Below, one piece after another: positions 8,893 through 18,149 of a stretch of DNA of 64,000 bases. Position numbers and translations under genes: made by a program. Positions within the stretch are counted from its first letter, which is position 1; every line of letters starts with the position of its first letter. Origin of the DNA: Phycisphaerales bacterium (GTDB taxonomy: Bacteria; Planctomycetota; Phycisphaerae; Phycisphaerales; UBA1924); the NCBI GenBank assembly GCA_016699835.1, contig CP064987.1, forward strand, positions 1,776,876 through 1,840,875, read 5' to 3'. The notes under the pieces were generated by a model that saw only the letters and a program-made list of their open reading frames with translations, was not told where the DNA came from and did no database searches.

Positions 8893-9357
8893 TCAAGAAA
8901 CTGGCTTCCCGCCCACAGATACCCCCACAACCGTCCGATCCTCGCACAACGGCGTCTTGGCCCCAGGCTCCTTCACCAAGTCTGCCAGCGTCGAACCCTG
9001 ATAGATCTCGATAATCGCCGCAATGGCCTTATCCGCCCGCCGATGGAGCGGGCACAACGCCGAGCCGTGGCTCTTCAGCCCAAGCGGGCATGTCTCGATC
9101 CGTTTGAGGGTCTCCACCGCGTTGATCACGTCCAGGAGATTGATCTCCGACGCCGGCCTCGACAGCCGATACCCCCCGCCCACGCCCCGACGCCCATCCA
9201 CGAGCCCCGCGCTCGACAACTGCTGCAATACCTTCGCCAGGTAGTTCACAGGTACTTTCGTCTGCTCGGCCAACGTCGACGTCGCCACCAGCGAGTCATA
9301 GAGCGCCAGGCATGCCATCGCACGCAACGCGTACTCCGCCGTCTGTGAGAACATCAT
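8893..9357 (-). CDS. Rrf2 family transcriptional regulator
   Basis: Translation MMFSQTAEYALRAMACLAL...VPVNYLAKVLQQLSSAGLV.GRRGVGGGYRL has the winged-helix signature. A Cys-X12-Cys-X2-His segment is present. GGAGG precedes the start. Confidence 0.85.
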   Translation of the reverse strand: MMFSQTAEYALRAMACLALYDSLVATSTLAEQTKVPVNYLAKVLQQLSSAGLVDGRRGVGGGYRLSRPASEINLLDVINAVETLKRIETCPLGLKSHGSALCPLHRRADKAIAAIIEIYQGSTLADLVKEPGAKTPLCEDRTVVGVSVGGKPVS

Positions 9358-9381
9358 GCCTCCGAAATCGACTCGAACTCC

Positions 9382-9396
9382 TAGACCAGTGGTCTA
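9382..9396. promoter_or_regulatory. 15-bp palindrome TAGACCA-G-TGGTCTA, candidate Rrf2 operator
   Basis: It lies 25-39 nt upstream of the rrf2 start codon, in the 57-nt gap after the ATPase gene. Confidence 0.4.
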
Positions 9397-9414
9397 CCCG
9401 CCAGAGGATGAATC

Positions 9415-11508
9415 CTAGCGGGCCCCGACCAGCACCGCATTCCCCGCAGGCTTTCCGGCCGCCATGCCGCGTCCACACGCGATCGCGCGTCCTAGCCCGG
9501 GAAATCGCAACAGCCAGAGCGAGTTCAACACCACCGCGAGCGTCCCGCCCTCGTGCGCCACCACACCCCAGCCCACATCAATCGGCCGCCCAAGGTACGA
9601 CAGCACCAGCGTCGCGATCGACATCACCACGATCACCCCCAGCGCCAGCGAAAGGTTGAACGCCACGCGCCTTCGCACCGACCGCGCCAGCCGCACCGCC
9701 CAGGGCACCGTCCTCAGGTTGTCCGAGAGCAGCACGATGTCCGCCGACTCGAGCGCCGCCGCCGTCCCGATCGCCCCGATCCCGATCGACACGCTCGCCG
9801 CCGCCAGCGCCGGCGCGTCGTTCACGCCATCCCCGATCACACCGACCGACCCGTGCTCGCGCTGCATCGTCTCCACGATCCGCAGTTTGTCCTCGGGCAA
9901 TAACTCCGCGTCCACGAGGTCGATCCCCAGCCGCGACGCCACCCGCGACGCCGTCTCCCGGTGATCCCCCGTCAGCATCCGCACCGGCCGAACCCCCATC
10001 GCATGCAACTCCTCGATCATCTCCCCCGCCCCCTCGCGCACGGCATCCGCCATGATGACCACCGCCGCCTCCCCGCTCCCCCCCCCGCTCCCTTCCGCGC
10101 CACCCCGCGTCACCACCACCGCGATGTGCCCCCGCGCCCGCACACGCGACAGCACCTCGTCGACCCGTGCCCGGAAGCACTCGGGGATCGACTCGCGCAC
10201 AAACGCGGCGCTCCCCAGTCGCACCTCAACGCCCCCATGAACACCGCGCAGCCCCTTCGCCGTCGTGTGGTCCACGCGATCGAACACCACCGGCGCGATC
10301 CCGCGCATCGCCGCGCTCTCACGCACCGCCACCGCGATCGGGTGCGTCGAATCCGCCTCCAGACCCGCCGCCAGCGCCAGCAACTCCTTCCCATCCGACC
10401 ACCCCACCGGATGCACCTCATACACCCGGGGCCGCCCCACCGTCAGTGTCCCCGTCTTGTCGAAGCACACCGCTTTCATCCCGCTCAGCCGCTCGATCGA
10501 CTGCCCGCCCTTGAACAGCACGCCCCCACGCGCGCCGCGAGCGATCCCCGCCAGCGTCGCCGTCGGCGTCGCGATCACCAGCGCACACGGCGACGCCACA
10601 ATCAAGAGCGTGATCGCCGTCGTCGCCGCCTCCGTCCAACTCTGGCCCACCCCATACCGCCACACCAGCACCACCAGCGCCGACACCACCAGCACGCCCA
10701 CGGCATACGGCTCGTTCACCCGATCGATCACCCGCTGCACCGGCTCTCGCTGCTCCCGGGCCGTCGTCACCAGATTGAGAATCTTCTGCAGGCTCGACTC
10801 CGACACCCCCCGCAGCACCCTCGCCTCCAGGGGATCATCCGTGTTGATTGTCCCCGCGTACAACTCATCCCCCTCTACCACGTGCCGCGGCATCGCCTCC
10901 CCCGTCATCGCGCTCTGATCCATCGACGACTCGCCCTGCACCACCACACAATCCGCCGGCACGCGCTCCCCAGGCCGAACCTTCACCCGCTCCCCCGCCA
11001 CAAGCGTCTGCGCGTCCACCTCCACCCACGCCCCATCGCGCAGCACCATCGCCCCCTTGGGCATCAGCGTGTGCAACGACTCGATCTCGCGCTGCGTCCG
11101 CGCCATCGCGAGATCCTCGAGCGCCCCCGACAGCACGAACAGAAAGAGCAGGAGCGCCCCTTCTTCGGGGTGCCCGATATACGCCGCCAGCCCCGCCGCC
11201 ACCACCATCAATACATCAATATCCACCTTCCTCGACCGGATCGCGTGCCACGCCGCCCGTCCGCCGAAGACCATCCCGATCAACAGACTCGTCCAGTACA
11301 ACCCCTCGCCGACGCGCGCCAACGCGCCCACATGCGTCAGCACATACCCCGCGCCCAGCAGAACCCCCGCCGCAATCGCCGCGCGCAACTCACCCTTTGG
11401 TGTGAACATCCCCGACGCCACACGCCCCGCCCCGCGCCGCTCGTTGGTGATGTCCACCTCGGGCCGTCCGCCTGTATCACCCGGCACTCGCGACATCACG
11501 CCGCTCAT
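9415..11508 (-). CDS. Heavy-metal P-type ATPase, P1B-4-like (SPC and HEGGT motifs, no N-terminal metal-binding domain)
   Basis: Motifs read: CFDKTGTLT, ASPCALVIATP, GDGVNDAPAL, VAHEGGTLAVVLNS. The start ATG overlaps the moxR stop as ATGA at 11505-11508. The 826-aa ORF extension overlaps moxR and I rejected it. Confidence 0.85.
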   Translation of the reverse strand: MSGVMSRVPGDTGGRPEVDITNERRGAGRVASGMFTPKGELRAAIAAGVLLGAGYVLTHVGALARVGEGLYWTSLLIGMVFGGRAAWHAIRSRKVDIDVLMVVAAGLAAYIGHPEEGALLLFLFVLSGALEDLAMARTQREIESLHTLMPKGAMVLRDGAWVEVDAQTLVAGERVKVRPGERVPADCVVVQGESSMDQSAMTGEAMPRHVVEGDELYAGTINTDDPLEARVLRGVSESSLQKILNLVTTAREQREPVQRVIDRVNEPYAVGVLVVSALVVLVWRYGVGQSWTEAATTAITLLIVASPCALVIATPTATLAGIARGARGGVLFKGGQSIERLSGMKAVCFDKTGTLTVGRPRVYEVHPVGWSDGKELLALAAGLEADSTHPIAVAVRESAAMRGIAPVVFDRVDHTTAKGLRGVHGGVEVRLGSAAFVRESIPECFRARVDEVLSRVRARGHIAVVVTRGGAEGSGGGSGEAAVVIMADAVREGAGEMIEELHAMGVRPVRMLTGDHRETASRVASRLGIDLVDAELLPEDKLRIVETMQREHGSVGVIGDGVNDAPALAAASVSIGIGAIGTAAALESADIVLLSDNLRTVPWAVRLARSVRRRVAFNLSLALGVIVVMSIATLVLSYLGRPIDVGWGVVAHEGGTLAVVLNSLWLLRFPGLGRAIACGRGMAAGKPAGNAVLVGAR

Positions 11509-12575
11509 CGCATCGCCGTGTCCATCAGCCGTCGCTCCGACGCCGACGATCCCTCCACCGGCGTGTCCTTCACCAATCCGTCGATGATCGTGTCCACCGA
11601 CACCTGGTCCGCCTCGGCATTGAAGTTCGTCATCAAGCGATGGCGCAGCACGGGCCTCACGATCGACCGGATGTGATCCACCGTCACGTGCCCGTCGCCA
11701 CGAATCGCCGCCAGCGCCTGCCCGGCCCGCACCAAAAACTCGCTCGCCCGAGGTCCCGCACCCCACGCCACATAGTCGTGCACCAACTTCGGCCTCACGC
11801 GCCCGCCGTCCATCGCCTCCTTCACGCGCGTCGCCCGAACCAGCCGCAACGAGTACTCGATCACATGGTCCGGCACAGGAATCTCGCGCACGCACTGCTG
11901 GATCCGCCGAATCCCCAACTCGTCCAGCACCGCCTCCACAGGCGCCGACGACCGCGCCGACGACCGCCGCACGATCTCCAACTCCTCCGCCGCCGACGGA
12001 TACCGGATGTCGATCTCGAACATGAACCGGTCCAACTGCGCCTCAGGAAGCGGATACGTCCCCTCCTGATCGATCGGGTTCTGCGTCGCCAGCACGAAGA
12101 ACGGCGAGGGCAACTCGTGCCGTATGCCGCCCACCGTCACCTGACGCTCCTGCATCGCCTCAAGGAGCGCCGCCTGCGTCTTCGGGGGCGTGCGGTTGAT
12201 CTCGTCCGCCAAGATCACGTTCGCGAACACCGGCCCGTGCACAAACCGCAACTCCCGATGCCCCGTCGACTTGTCCTCCTGGATCACCTCCGTCCCCGTG
12301 ATGTCGCTCGGCATCAGGTCGGGCGTGAACTGGATCCGCGAGAACTTCAACGACAGCGTCCTCGCGATCGTCGAGATCAAGAGCGTCTTCGCCAGCCCAG
12401 GCACGCCCACCACCACCGCGTGCCCCCGGCAGAAGACCGCCATCAGCATCTGGTCGATCACGTCGTCCTGGCCCACGATCGTCTTGTGGATCTCCGTCTT
12501 CAGTCTCGCATACGCCTCGCGCACCTCGTGCGTCGTCGCGGCACCAGGAACAGACGGAATCTGGGAATCGCTCAC
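11505..12575 (-). CDS. MoxR-family AAA+ ATPase
   Basis: Translation ...IVGQDDVIDQMLMAVFCRGHAVVVGVPGLAKTLL...ILADEINRTPPKTQAALLEAMQERQVT carries Walker A/B motifs. I chose the GTG start at 12575 because GGAGG lies 6 nt upstream. ATG at 12641 is the alternative. Confidence 0.85.
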   Translation of the reverse strand: MSDSQIPSVPGAATTHEVREAYARLKTEIHKTIVGQDDVIDQMLMAVFCRGHAVVVGVPGLAKTLLISTIARTLSLKFSRIQFTPDLMPSDITGTEVIQEDKSTGHRELRFVHGPVFANVILADEINRTPPKTQAALLEAMQERQVTVGGIRHELPSPFFVLATQNPIDQEGTYPLPEAQLDRFMFEIDIRYPSAAEELEIVRRSSARSSAPVEAVLDELGIRRIQQCVREIPVPDHVIEYSLRLVRATRVKEAMDGGRVRPKLVHDYVAWGAGPRASEFLVRAGQALAAIRGDGHVTVDHIRSIVRPVLRHRLMTNFNAEADQVSVDTIIDGLVKDTPVEGSSASERRLMDTAMR

Positions 12576-12776
12576 GCCGGGCCTCCAATGCCGTTCGGTG
12601 CCCCCGCCACGCCCGTGACTCCGAGCACAACCAGGCGGCACACACAGATTCTAACGTCGGCATTCCGCCGCCGCGCATCGAGCCTTGCCGACCGCATTCC
12701 ACCCCCAAAAACACACCCCGGCGCTCCAGAAGCGCCAGGGCGGTGCTAGGGGTCCTTCGTCTCTCACCGGCCCACG

Positions 12777-13706
12777 TCAGATGGGATCGCCCGGACGGTG
12801 CACAATCTCGTGCCCCTCCACGCCCATCATCTCCAGGATCTCCTCGGGGATCTCGTCGCTGAGCCCCTCCAACTCGATCTCAAATCGCTCACCATTGGTG
12901 TCCACGCCACCGACTCGTTGCCGTGCCTTCGGGGACGTCGGCCCGGGCGCGGGCTTCACACGCCGCTCCTCGAGCCGCAATCCATCCATCTCCCGGGGCG
13001 TCAACTCGCGCTTCTCGCCATCGGGCCCGATGATGAACCCGCGACGCTCCACCCGCACCTCCGGAGCCGAACCACGCGGCACCACCAAGGCCCTTCCCGG
13101 ACCTTCACGATCCGGACCAGCCCGCATCACGCGCTCCTTCTTCGAGATCGCGTCAAGTTTCTTCTCAAGCCTTGCGATCTCCGCGTGGAGCGACGTGATC
13201 TTCGCCACGATCTCCTGCCGGGCCGCGTCCATCTCGCGCGATTCGGCCCGCTCCACCCGGCCAACCCCAGGCCAGCCAGTCTGTCCCGGCCGAGCCTCCA
13301 GTTCCATTCGCCTCCCGTCGGGACCGATCACAATCTGCTTCTTGAGCGTCTTCACCCGTGGCTTCCCAATGAACACGCCCTTGTCTCCCTCACGCAAGGA
13401 GAACATCTCAGGCTCAACACCCTTGAGCCGATCCACGAGCACATCAAGATCCGCGACCTCGCCGTCGAATGTCTCCACGAACTCTCCGAGCCGATCGGCA
13501 TACAGGCGAACAAATGGATTCGTTTCTCTCTCGTCACCCTCCGCCCTCCCGCCATGCCGGAACACACGAACCTGCGGCTCACCAACCTCCCCCAGCATCA
13601 GCACGTTCCCCGAATCGTCCGTCCACGTCTCATCCGGCGGGCACGCCATCGCCGACCCCACGCCGATCGCCATCACGCCCACGAGTCCGCTCATCACCTT
13701 CTTCAT
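12777..13706 (-). CDS. Secreted hypothetical protein with a central coiled coil and repeated IGPDGxxxEL motifs
   Basis: Signal peptide MKKVMSGLVGVMAIGVGSAMA follows AGGAG. The internal repeats are IVIGPDGRRMELE and FIIGPDGEKRELT. Confidence 0.6.
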   Translation of the reverse strand: MKKVMSGLVGVMAIGVGSAMACPPDETWTDDSGNVLMLGEVGEPQVRVFRHGGRAEGDERETNPFVRLYADRLGEFVETFDGEVADLDVLVDRLKGVEPEMFSLREGDKGVFIGKPRVKTLKKQIVIGPDGRRMELEARPGQTGWPGVGRVERAESREMDAARQEIVAKITSLHAEIARLEKKLDAISKKERVMRAGPDREGPGRALVVPRGSAPEVRVERRGFIIGPDGEKRELTPREMDGLRLEERRVKPAPGPTSPKARQRVGGVDTNGERFEIELEGLSDEIPEEILEMMGVEGHEIVHRPGDPI

Positions 13707-13958
13707 CGCGTACTCCTTGTCATCTCTGGCGTCAGCCAGTCGGACACGCGCCGGCTCAGGGGTCAACGCCACACACGCCCGCCAGAGGCGGACGACACCA
13801 TCCTGATGGTCGGTCCCGCCGAATCCCGTCACTCCGCCCACCATTTTTCCATTCCCCGTTACAAAGAGCCTTTTCAAAAAGCGGAACGGGCCGTATGGGG
13901 GTGGCATGCGGCCCGCTCCTTCGGAACATCCGTGGTCTCGCCAGCACAGCAGCGTGTC

Positions 13959-15209
13959 CTACTCCCGCGCGCCCTTCTTCTCCTGCTCGGCAAGCCGCTT
14001 CTCGATCGACGCCATCCGCTTCTCCAGCCGCTCCATCTGATCCGCGAGCCGGTCCAAAGAGCCCGCGAGCCGATTCGAGTCGTCCGCGACCATCCCCTCC
14101 GCGCCCGCCGCCGGCGCCGGAGCACGCATCACAAACACATCGCCATTCGGCCCGAGCAAGCGACGCATCGACTCGCTCATCTCGTCGCCAAACTCCGACC
14201 AGTCGGGACCCTTCTCCAAACTCTCGACGAGTTTCTGTCGCGCCTCTTCAAGAGCCTTCTTCGCCGCCTCGATCGTCTCGCCGGACTTGTTCCTTAGCGT
14301 GTCAAGGCTCTGGCTCTTCTTGATCTCCTCCATCGCCCGGTCCAGCGCCCTGAGTTGCTCATCGAACCACGCGCGATCCTTCCCCTCCGTCTTCGCCGAG
14401 AGCCTCGGCCTCGCCGGATTGAACTCCTTGGTCCACAACTTGTCGCGCGAGTACGCCTCAAGCCGCACCGTCAGGACTTTCGACTCTTCCCCACGAAGGA
14501 CCCTCAGCGAAACATCATCCCCGGCGTCCTTCCCCTGAAGGATCTCCCGCATCTCCCCCTGGCTCGCCACACGCTGTCCGTCCACTGCCACCACCACGTC
14601 GCCGACCTTGAGCCCCGCCTTCGACGCCGGCAGCCCTTCCAGCACGCTGTCCACCACCACGCCCTCGCCCTCCGCCGGGTCACTCATCGTGATCCCCAGC
14701 ATCGCCTTGGGCGGCTTCACCATCGCCAACTGATCCAGCGGCATCCAGTTCCCCTCGCCGCCGCGAGCCCCACCCGACATCCCGCCCGCAAAGGGCGCCG
14801 CGCCTCCCAATCGATCTAACCCCGCCACAACAGAAAACGACGCGATCTCCGCCCCGGATTCATCCAGAATCCGAACCCGATCGCCCTCGCGCTTGATCCG
14901 ATCCGCGGGCACGGCCTTCCCATCCACCGTCGCCGTCGTCACGCCATCCTCGATCTTCAGCGTGACCTTCTTCCCGTTGATGTCCTGCACGAACATCATG
15001 CTCGAGCGCGACATCGAGTCACGCGACGACTCGCGCGCACCATCCCGTGCACCATGCAGCGGCTGATCGAACCCGCCCGACAACTTCGGCCCGCCGCTCG
15101 TGCCGCCCGCGGGCTCGCCCGCAGCCATCGCCATTCCCGCAGCGATTCCCACCGCCAACATCGCTGCCATCGCCTTCGACTTTATGCTCGTGTCCACCAT
15201 CGCGCTCAT
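13959..15209 (-). CDS. Periplasmic PDZ-domain protein with a C-terminal coiled coil
   Basis: The PDZ-like segment reads GVVVDSVLEGLPASKAGLKVGDVVVAVDGQRV. A signal/anchor follows MSAMVDTS. AGGAG lies 7 nt upstream. Confidence 0.7.
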   Translation of the reverse strand: MSAMVDTSIKSKAMAAMLAVGIAAGMAMAAGEPAGGTSGGPKLSGGFDQPLHGARDGARESSRDSMSRSSMMFVQDINGKKVTLKIEDGVTTATVDGKAVPADRIKREGDRVRILDESGAEIASFSVVAGLDRLGGAAPFAGGMSGGARGGEGNWMPLDQLAMVKPPKAMLGITMSDPAEGEGVVVDSVLEGLPASKAGLKVGDVVVAVDGQRVASQGEMREILQGKDAGDDVSLRVLRGEESKVLTVRLEAYSRDKLWTKEFNPARPRLSAKTEGKDRAWFDEQLRALDRAMEEIKKSQSLDTLRNKSGETIEAAKKALEEARQKLVESLEKGPDWSEFGDEMSESMRRLLGPNGDVFVMRAPAPAAGAEGMVADDSNRLAGSLDRLADQMERLEKRMASIEKRLAEQEKKGARE

Positions 15210-15332
15210 CGAGATACTCCTTCGTCTTCCTTCGGCGTTCGTCCCAGCGTCTTTCACGCCTCACCCCGACCCCGCCATGGTGCGTTCAAACTGTCTCGTT
15301 CCGAATCCGATCCAACCACCACTCGCCCGTCC

Positions 15333-16031
15333 CTAGAGCGGCTGTTTCAGCGTGTCCAACCGCTTCGCCGAAGCCGGAGCCGTGTACCCCGCCGCCTCCA
15401 GCATCCCAGGCGCGATCGGCACGGGCAGCCGATGCCCCGCCTCGTCCCGAGAAAACCGGTACAGGTCATTCACCCGAGCCGACTCCACGATCTGCCGCAC
15501 GAACACCACCCTATACCCCTCGTCCGTCGGCGTGCCATACACCAGCACCTTCGTCGGCATCTCCCCAAGCACCGTCCCCTCGTGCTGACCCTTCGACAGA
15601 TACAAGTCCCGCGCCTGGTCCGCCGACACGCTCGTGTCCGTCGACAACCGATGGATCATCTCCGTCGGCGTAAGGCCCGCGGTCACCACTCCTCCCCCAG
15701 GCGACACCCCCGGCGTCCGATTCATCACCCCATTCGCCGCATACAGCGCCAGCCCGGCCGCCGCGACCCACCCCGTCCACGATGTCCAGCGCCGGCCCGC
15801 GGCCGAACCGCCACTCGCGTGCAACGCGTCCAACGGCAACTCGATCCCATCCGCTGCGGCGATCTCGCGACCCACCTGCTCGCTCAACAGCGCGTGGTCC
15901 CGCTGCGCCATCGCCACATCGCGCCACGTTGTCGGCTCCGCTGCCGCCGCGGCCTCCAGCGCCGCCCAGTCCGAGGCCGACGCCGCCCCATCCACCACTC
16001 GACTGATCAGAATGTCCACAGACTCGTTCAT
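15333..16031 (-). CDS. Anti-sigma factor candidate (single-pass membrane protein)
   Basis: It lies downstream of the ECF sigma gene. The N-terminus MNESVDILISRVVDGAASASDWAALEAA is anti-sigma-like, and one TM segment (WTGWVAAAGLALYAA) is present. I trimmed the start to Met52 of the ORF. Confidence 0.6.
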   Translation of the reverse strand: MNESVDILISRVVDGAASASDWAALEAAAAAEPTTWRDVAMAQRDHALLSEQVGREIAAADGIELPLDALHASGGSAAGRRWTSWTGWVAAAGLALYAANGVMNRTPGVSPGGGVVTAGLTPTEMIHRLSTDTSVSADQARDLYLSKGQHEGTVLGEMPTKVLVYGTPTDEGYRVVFVRQIVESARVNDLYRFSRDEAGHRLPVPIAPGMLEAAGYTAPASAKRLDTLKQPL

Positions 16032-16086
16032 GATTCGCTTCGCTTCCCGTTCCACCCCAACCACCACACCATCCACTTCGACCGAC

Positions 16087-16136
16087 CTACCCATCCTCGT
16101 GGGGCAGGCGGCCCGCCTGCCTCTACTTCCTCCTAC
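16087..16136 (+). repeat. Family A palindromic element (core GGCAGGCGG-C-CCGCCTGCC)
   Basis: CTACCCATCCTCGTGGGGCAGGCGGCCCGCCTGCCTCTACTTCCTCCTAC lies between the sigma and anti-sigma genes. Confidence 0.8.
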
Positions 16137-16180
16137 TCCACGCTCATCCCGATGCGCCTGAAACCGAACTCCGTCACCAC

Positions 16181-16825
16181 TCACCCCTCTCCCGCACCCA
16201 GTTTCTCGGACGCCGCCAACTCGCGCAACTGCCGTCGTGCCCGCGCAATCCGAGTCTCCACCGTCGTCTCGGGCAGTCCCAGAATCCGCCCGATCTCCCG
16301 GTACGACAGACCCTGCACCGCCTTCAAAAGCAACGGCTCGCGATACCCCTCCGCCAACTGCTGCGACAACTCCATCAATCGCCGACCCACCTGCTCATCC
16401 GCCAAGCGCTCCGGCGGCGGCGTCTGATCTGCGGTCAACCCCGTCGTCACTCCAGGACGGACCGTCTCGTCGTTCGCCGTCCCCGCGCTCTGACCCCGAT
16501 GCTTCCCAGGCCGCGCCGCCGCCCTCGCCGCGTTCACCGCCACCGTCCGAAGCCACGGCCGGATCGCCGACGGATCGCGGATCTCCCCCACCTTCCGTAC
16601 CAGCGACATCGCGACCTCTTGCAACAGGTCGTCCACATCCGCCCAACGCGGCTTGTGCGCCAACAGAATCGCCGCCACCCACCGCCGATGCTGACCCCAC
16701 ACCGCCTCCAACGCGCGGGCATCCCCCGCCACCGCCGCGGCAGCATGGATCTCCATCGACCCATCGCCTCCCAGCGACGCCGACTCACCCTCCGACGACA
16801 TGTCCGGCTCACTTCGTCGTTTCAC
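16181..16825 (-). CDS. ECF-type RNA polymerase sigma-70 family factor
   Basis: The region 2 segment reads DVDDLLQEVAMSLVRK. The region 4 HTH segment reads QGLSYREIGRILGLPETTVETRIARARRQL. The start is uncertain (16825, 16801 or 16756). Confidence 0.8.
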   Translation of the reverse strand: MKRRSEPDMSSEGESASLGGDGSMEIHAAAAVAGDARALEAVWGQHRRWVAAILLAHKPRWADVDDLLQEVAMSLVRKVGEIRDPSAIRPWLRTVAVNAARAAARPGKHRGQSAGTANDETVRPGVTTGLTADQTPPPERLADEQVGRRLMELSQQLAEGYREPLLLKAVQGLSYREIGRILGLPETTVETRIARARRQLRELAASEKLGAGEG

Positions 16826-16930
16826 AGGCCTGTTCCGTCCCCATCAGGATGCCCCGCCCTCCAACCTCCGTCACCTCAACATTCCTTCGCCCTCATCCCC
16901 GCAAAATAACGCGCCAGTTCCAACCAAAAC

Positions 16931-16961
16931 ACGAATACGATCCGCCCTCACCAACCGTTCA
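16931..16961 (-). promoter_or_regulatory. Possible ECF-type promoter (TGAAC-N17-CGTA)
   Basis: The minus strand reads TGAACGGTTGGTGAGGGCGGATCGTATTCGTG about 110 nt upstream of the sigma gene. This is a motif resemblance only. Confidence 0.2.
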
Positions 16962-17026
16962 TACCTGCACCCAGAACCCATTCCTTATCGGCATCCCAAG
17001 CCCCACGCGACCTCCACCTTCTGCCC

Positions 17027-18049
17027 ATGCCCCCCGCCACACGCACCAACTCCATGACCCTCGGCGAGCACCTCAATGAACTCCGCCGTCGTCTCATAGT
17101 CTCCATCCTCGGCCTCATCCCCATCCTCATCCTCGCGATGGTCTTTGGCCAGAAACTCCTCGCCCTCCTCCTCGCCCCTGCCCAGGAGGCCCTCCGCGAG
17201 CACAACTTCCCCGGCGCCCTCCAGACCACCAGCCCCCTCGAACTCTTCTTCACCTACTTCAACGTCAGCCTCATCGCCGCCGTCGTCGTCGGCAGCCCCT
17301 GGCTCCTCTTCCAACTCTGGCTCTTCGTCTCTCCAGGCCTCCACCACCACGAGCGCCGATACGTCTACTTCCTCATCCCTCTCTCCACCGCCCTCACCGC
17401 TCTGGGCATCCTCTTCCTCTTCAAGGTCATCCTCCCCTTTGCCATGACCTTCTTCGTCACCTTCGGCTCCGACATGGGCGCACGACACGCCACTACCGCC
17501 CCGCTCCCGCCCGGCATCGTCCTCCCCTCTATCCCCATCCTCGACGCCGATCCACCCGACCCACAGCCCGGCCAGCAATGGATCAACCGCCCCCTCACCG
17601 CCCTCCGCATCGCCTCCACAACCTCCGACGCCAAACCCGAGATCTACTCCGTCCCCCTCACACGCGAGGTCGGTGTCGTCCAGCAGTACCGTGTCGCCGA
17701 GTACATCCGACTCCTCCTCATGCTCTCCCTCGCCTTCGCCCTGGGGTTCCAACTCCCCGTCGTCATCCTCCTCCTCGGCTGGGCGCGCCTCATCAACATC
17801 GCGGCACTCAAGAAATACCGAAAGTACGCCCTCTTCGCCTGCGCCATCGTCGCCGCCTTCATCACGCCCGGCGATCCCACCTCCATGATCGCCATGTGGA
17901 TCCCCCTCTATCTCCTCTACGAACTCGGCATCGCCCTCCTCCGCTTCTTCCCCGCCCACAAAGTCGCGGGCAAACCCGCACCCATCGACCGCATGCTCAC
18001 CGCCGAACCCGAAGACATCCGCGAAAAATCAGACGCCGCCGACGAATAG
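17027..18049 (+). CDS. tatC: Twin-arginine translocase subunit TatC
   Basis: The translation starts MTLGEHLNELRRRLIVSILGL..., has six hydrophobic segments and contains ITPGDPTSM. The start is 17027 or 17054. Confidence 0.85.
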   Translation: MPPATRTNSMTLGEHLNELRRRLIVSILGLIPILILAMVFGQKLLALLLAPAQEALREHNFPGALQTTSPLELFFTYFNVSLIAAVVVGSPWLLFQLWLFVSPGLHHHERRYVYFLIPLSTALTALGILFLFKVILPFAMTFFVTFGSDMGARHATTAPLPPGIVLPSIPILDADPPDPQPGQQWINRPLTALRIASTTSDAKPEIYSVPLTREVGVVQQYRVAEYIRLLLMLSLAFALGFQLPVVILLLGWARLINIAALKKYRKYALFACAIVAAFITPGDPTSMIAMWIPLYLLYELGIALLRFFPAHKVAGKPAPIDRMLTAEPEDIREKSDAADE

Positions 18050-18058
18050 CCGTGTCCG

Positions 18059-18113
18059 TTCCTACCCACCCTCGTGGCACAGGCGACTCGCCTGTGTCCT
18101 ACTTCTCTTCTAC
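18059..18113 (+). repeat. Family A palindromic element, covarying variant (CACAGGCGA-C-TCGCCTGTG)
   Basis: The flanks are the same (CCTACCCACCCTCGTGG ... TCCTACTTCTCTTCTAC), but the stem carries compensatory changes. Confidence 0.75.
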
Positions 18114-18149
18114 ATCTTCCATTTTCAAAGCCCCACAAACACCCTCTCC

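Noticed and set aside
11509-11895. 129-aa N-terminal extension of the P-type ATPase ORF
   Set aside because: It overlaps the moxR 3' end in another frame and is Gly/Arg-rich. An ATG with an ATGA overlap gives a normal-length P1B-4 pump.
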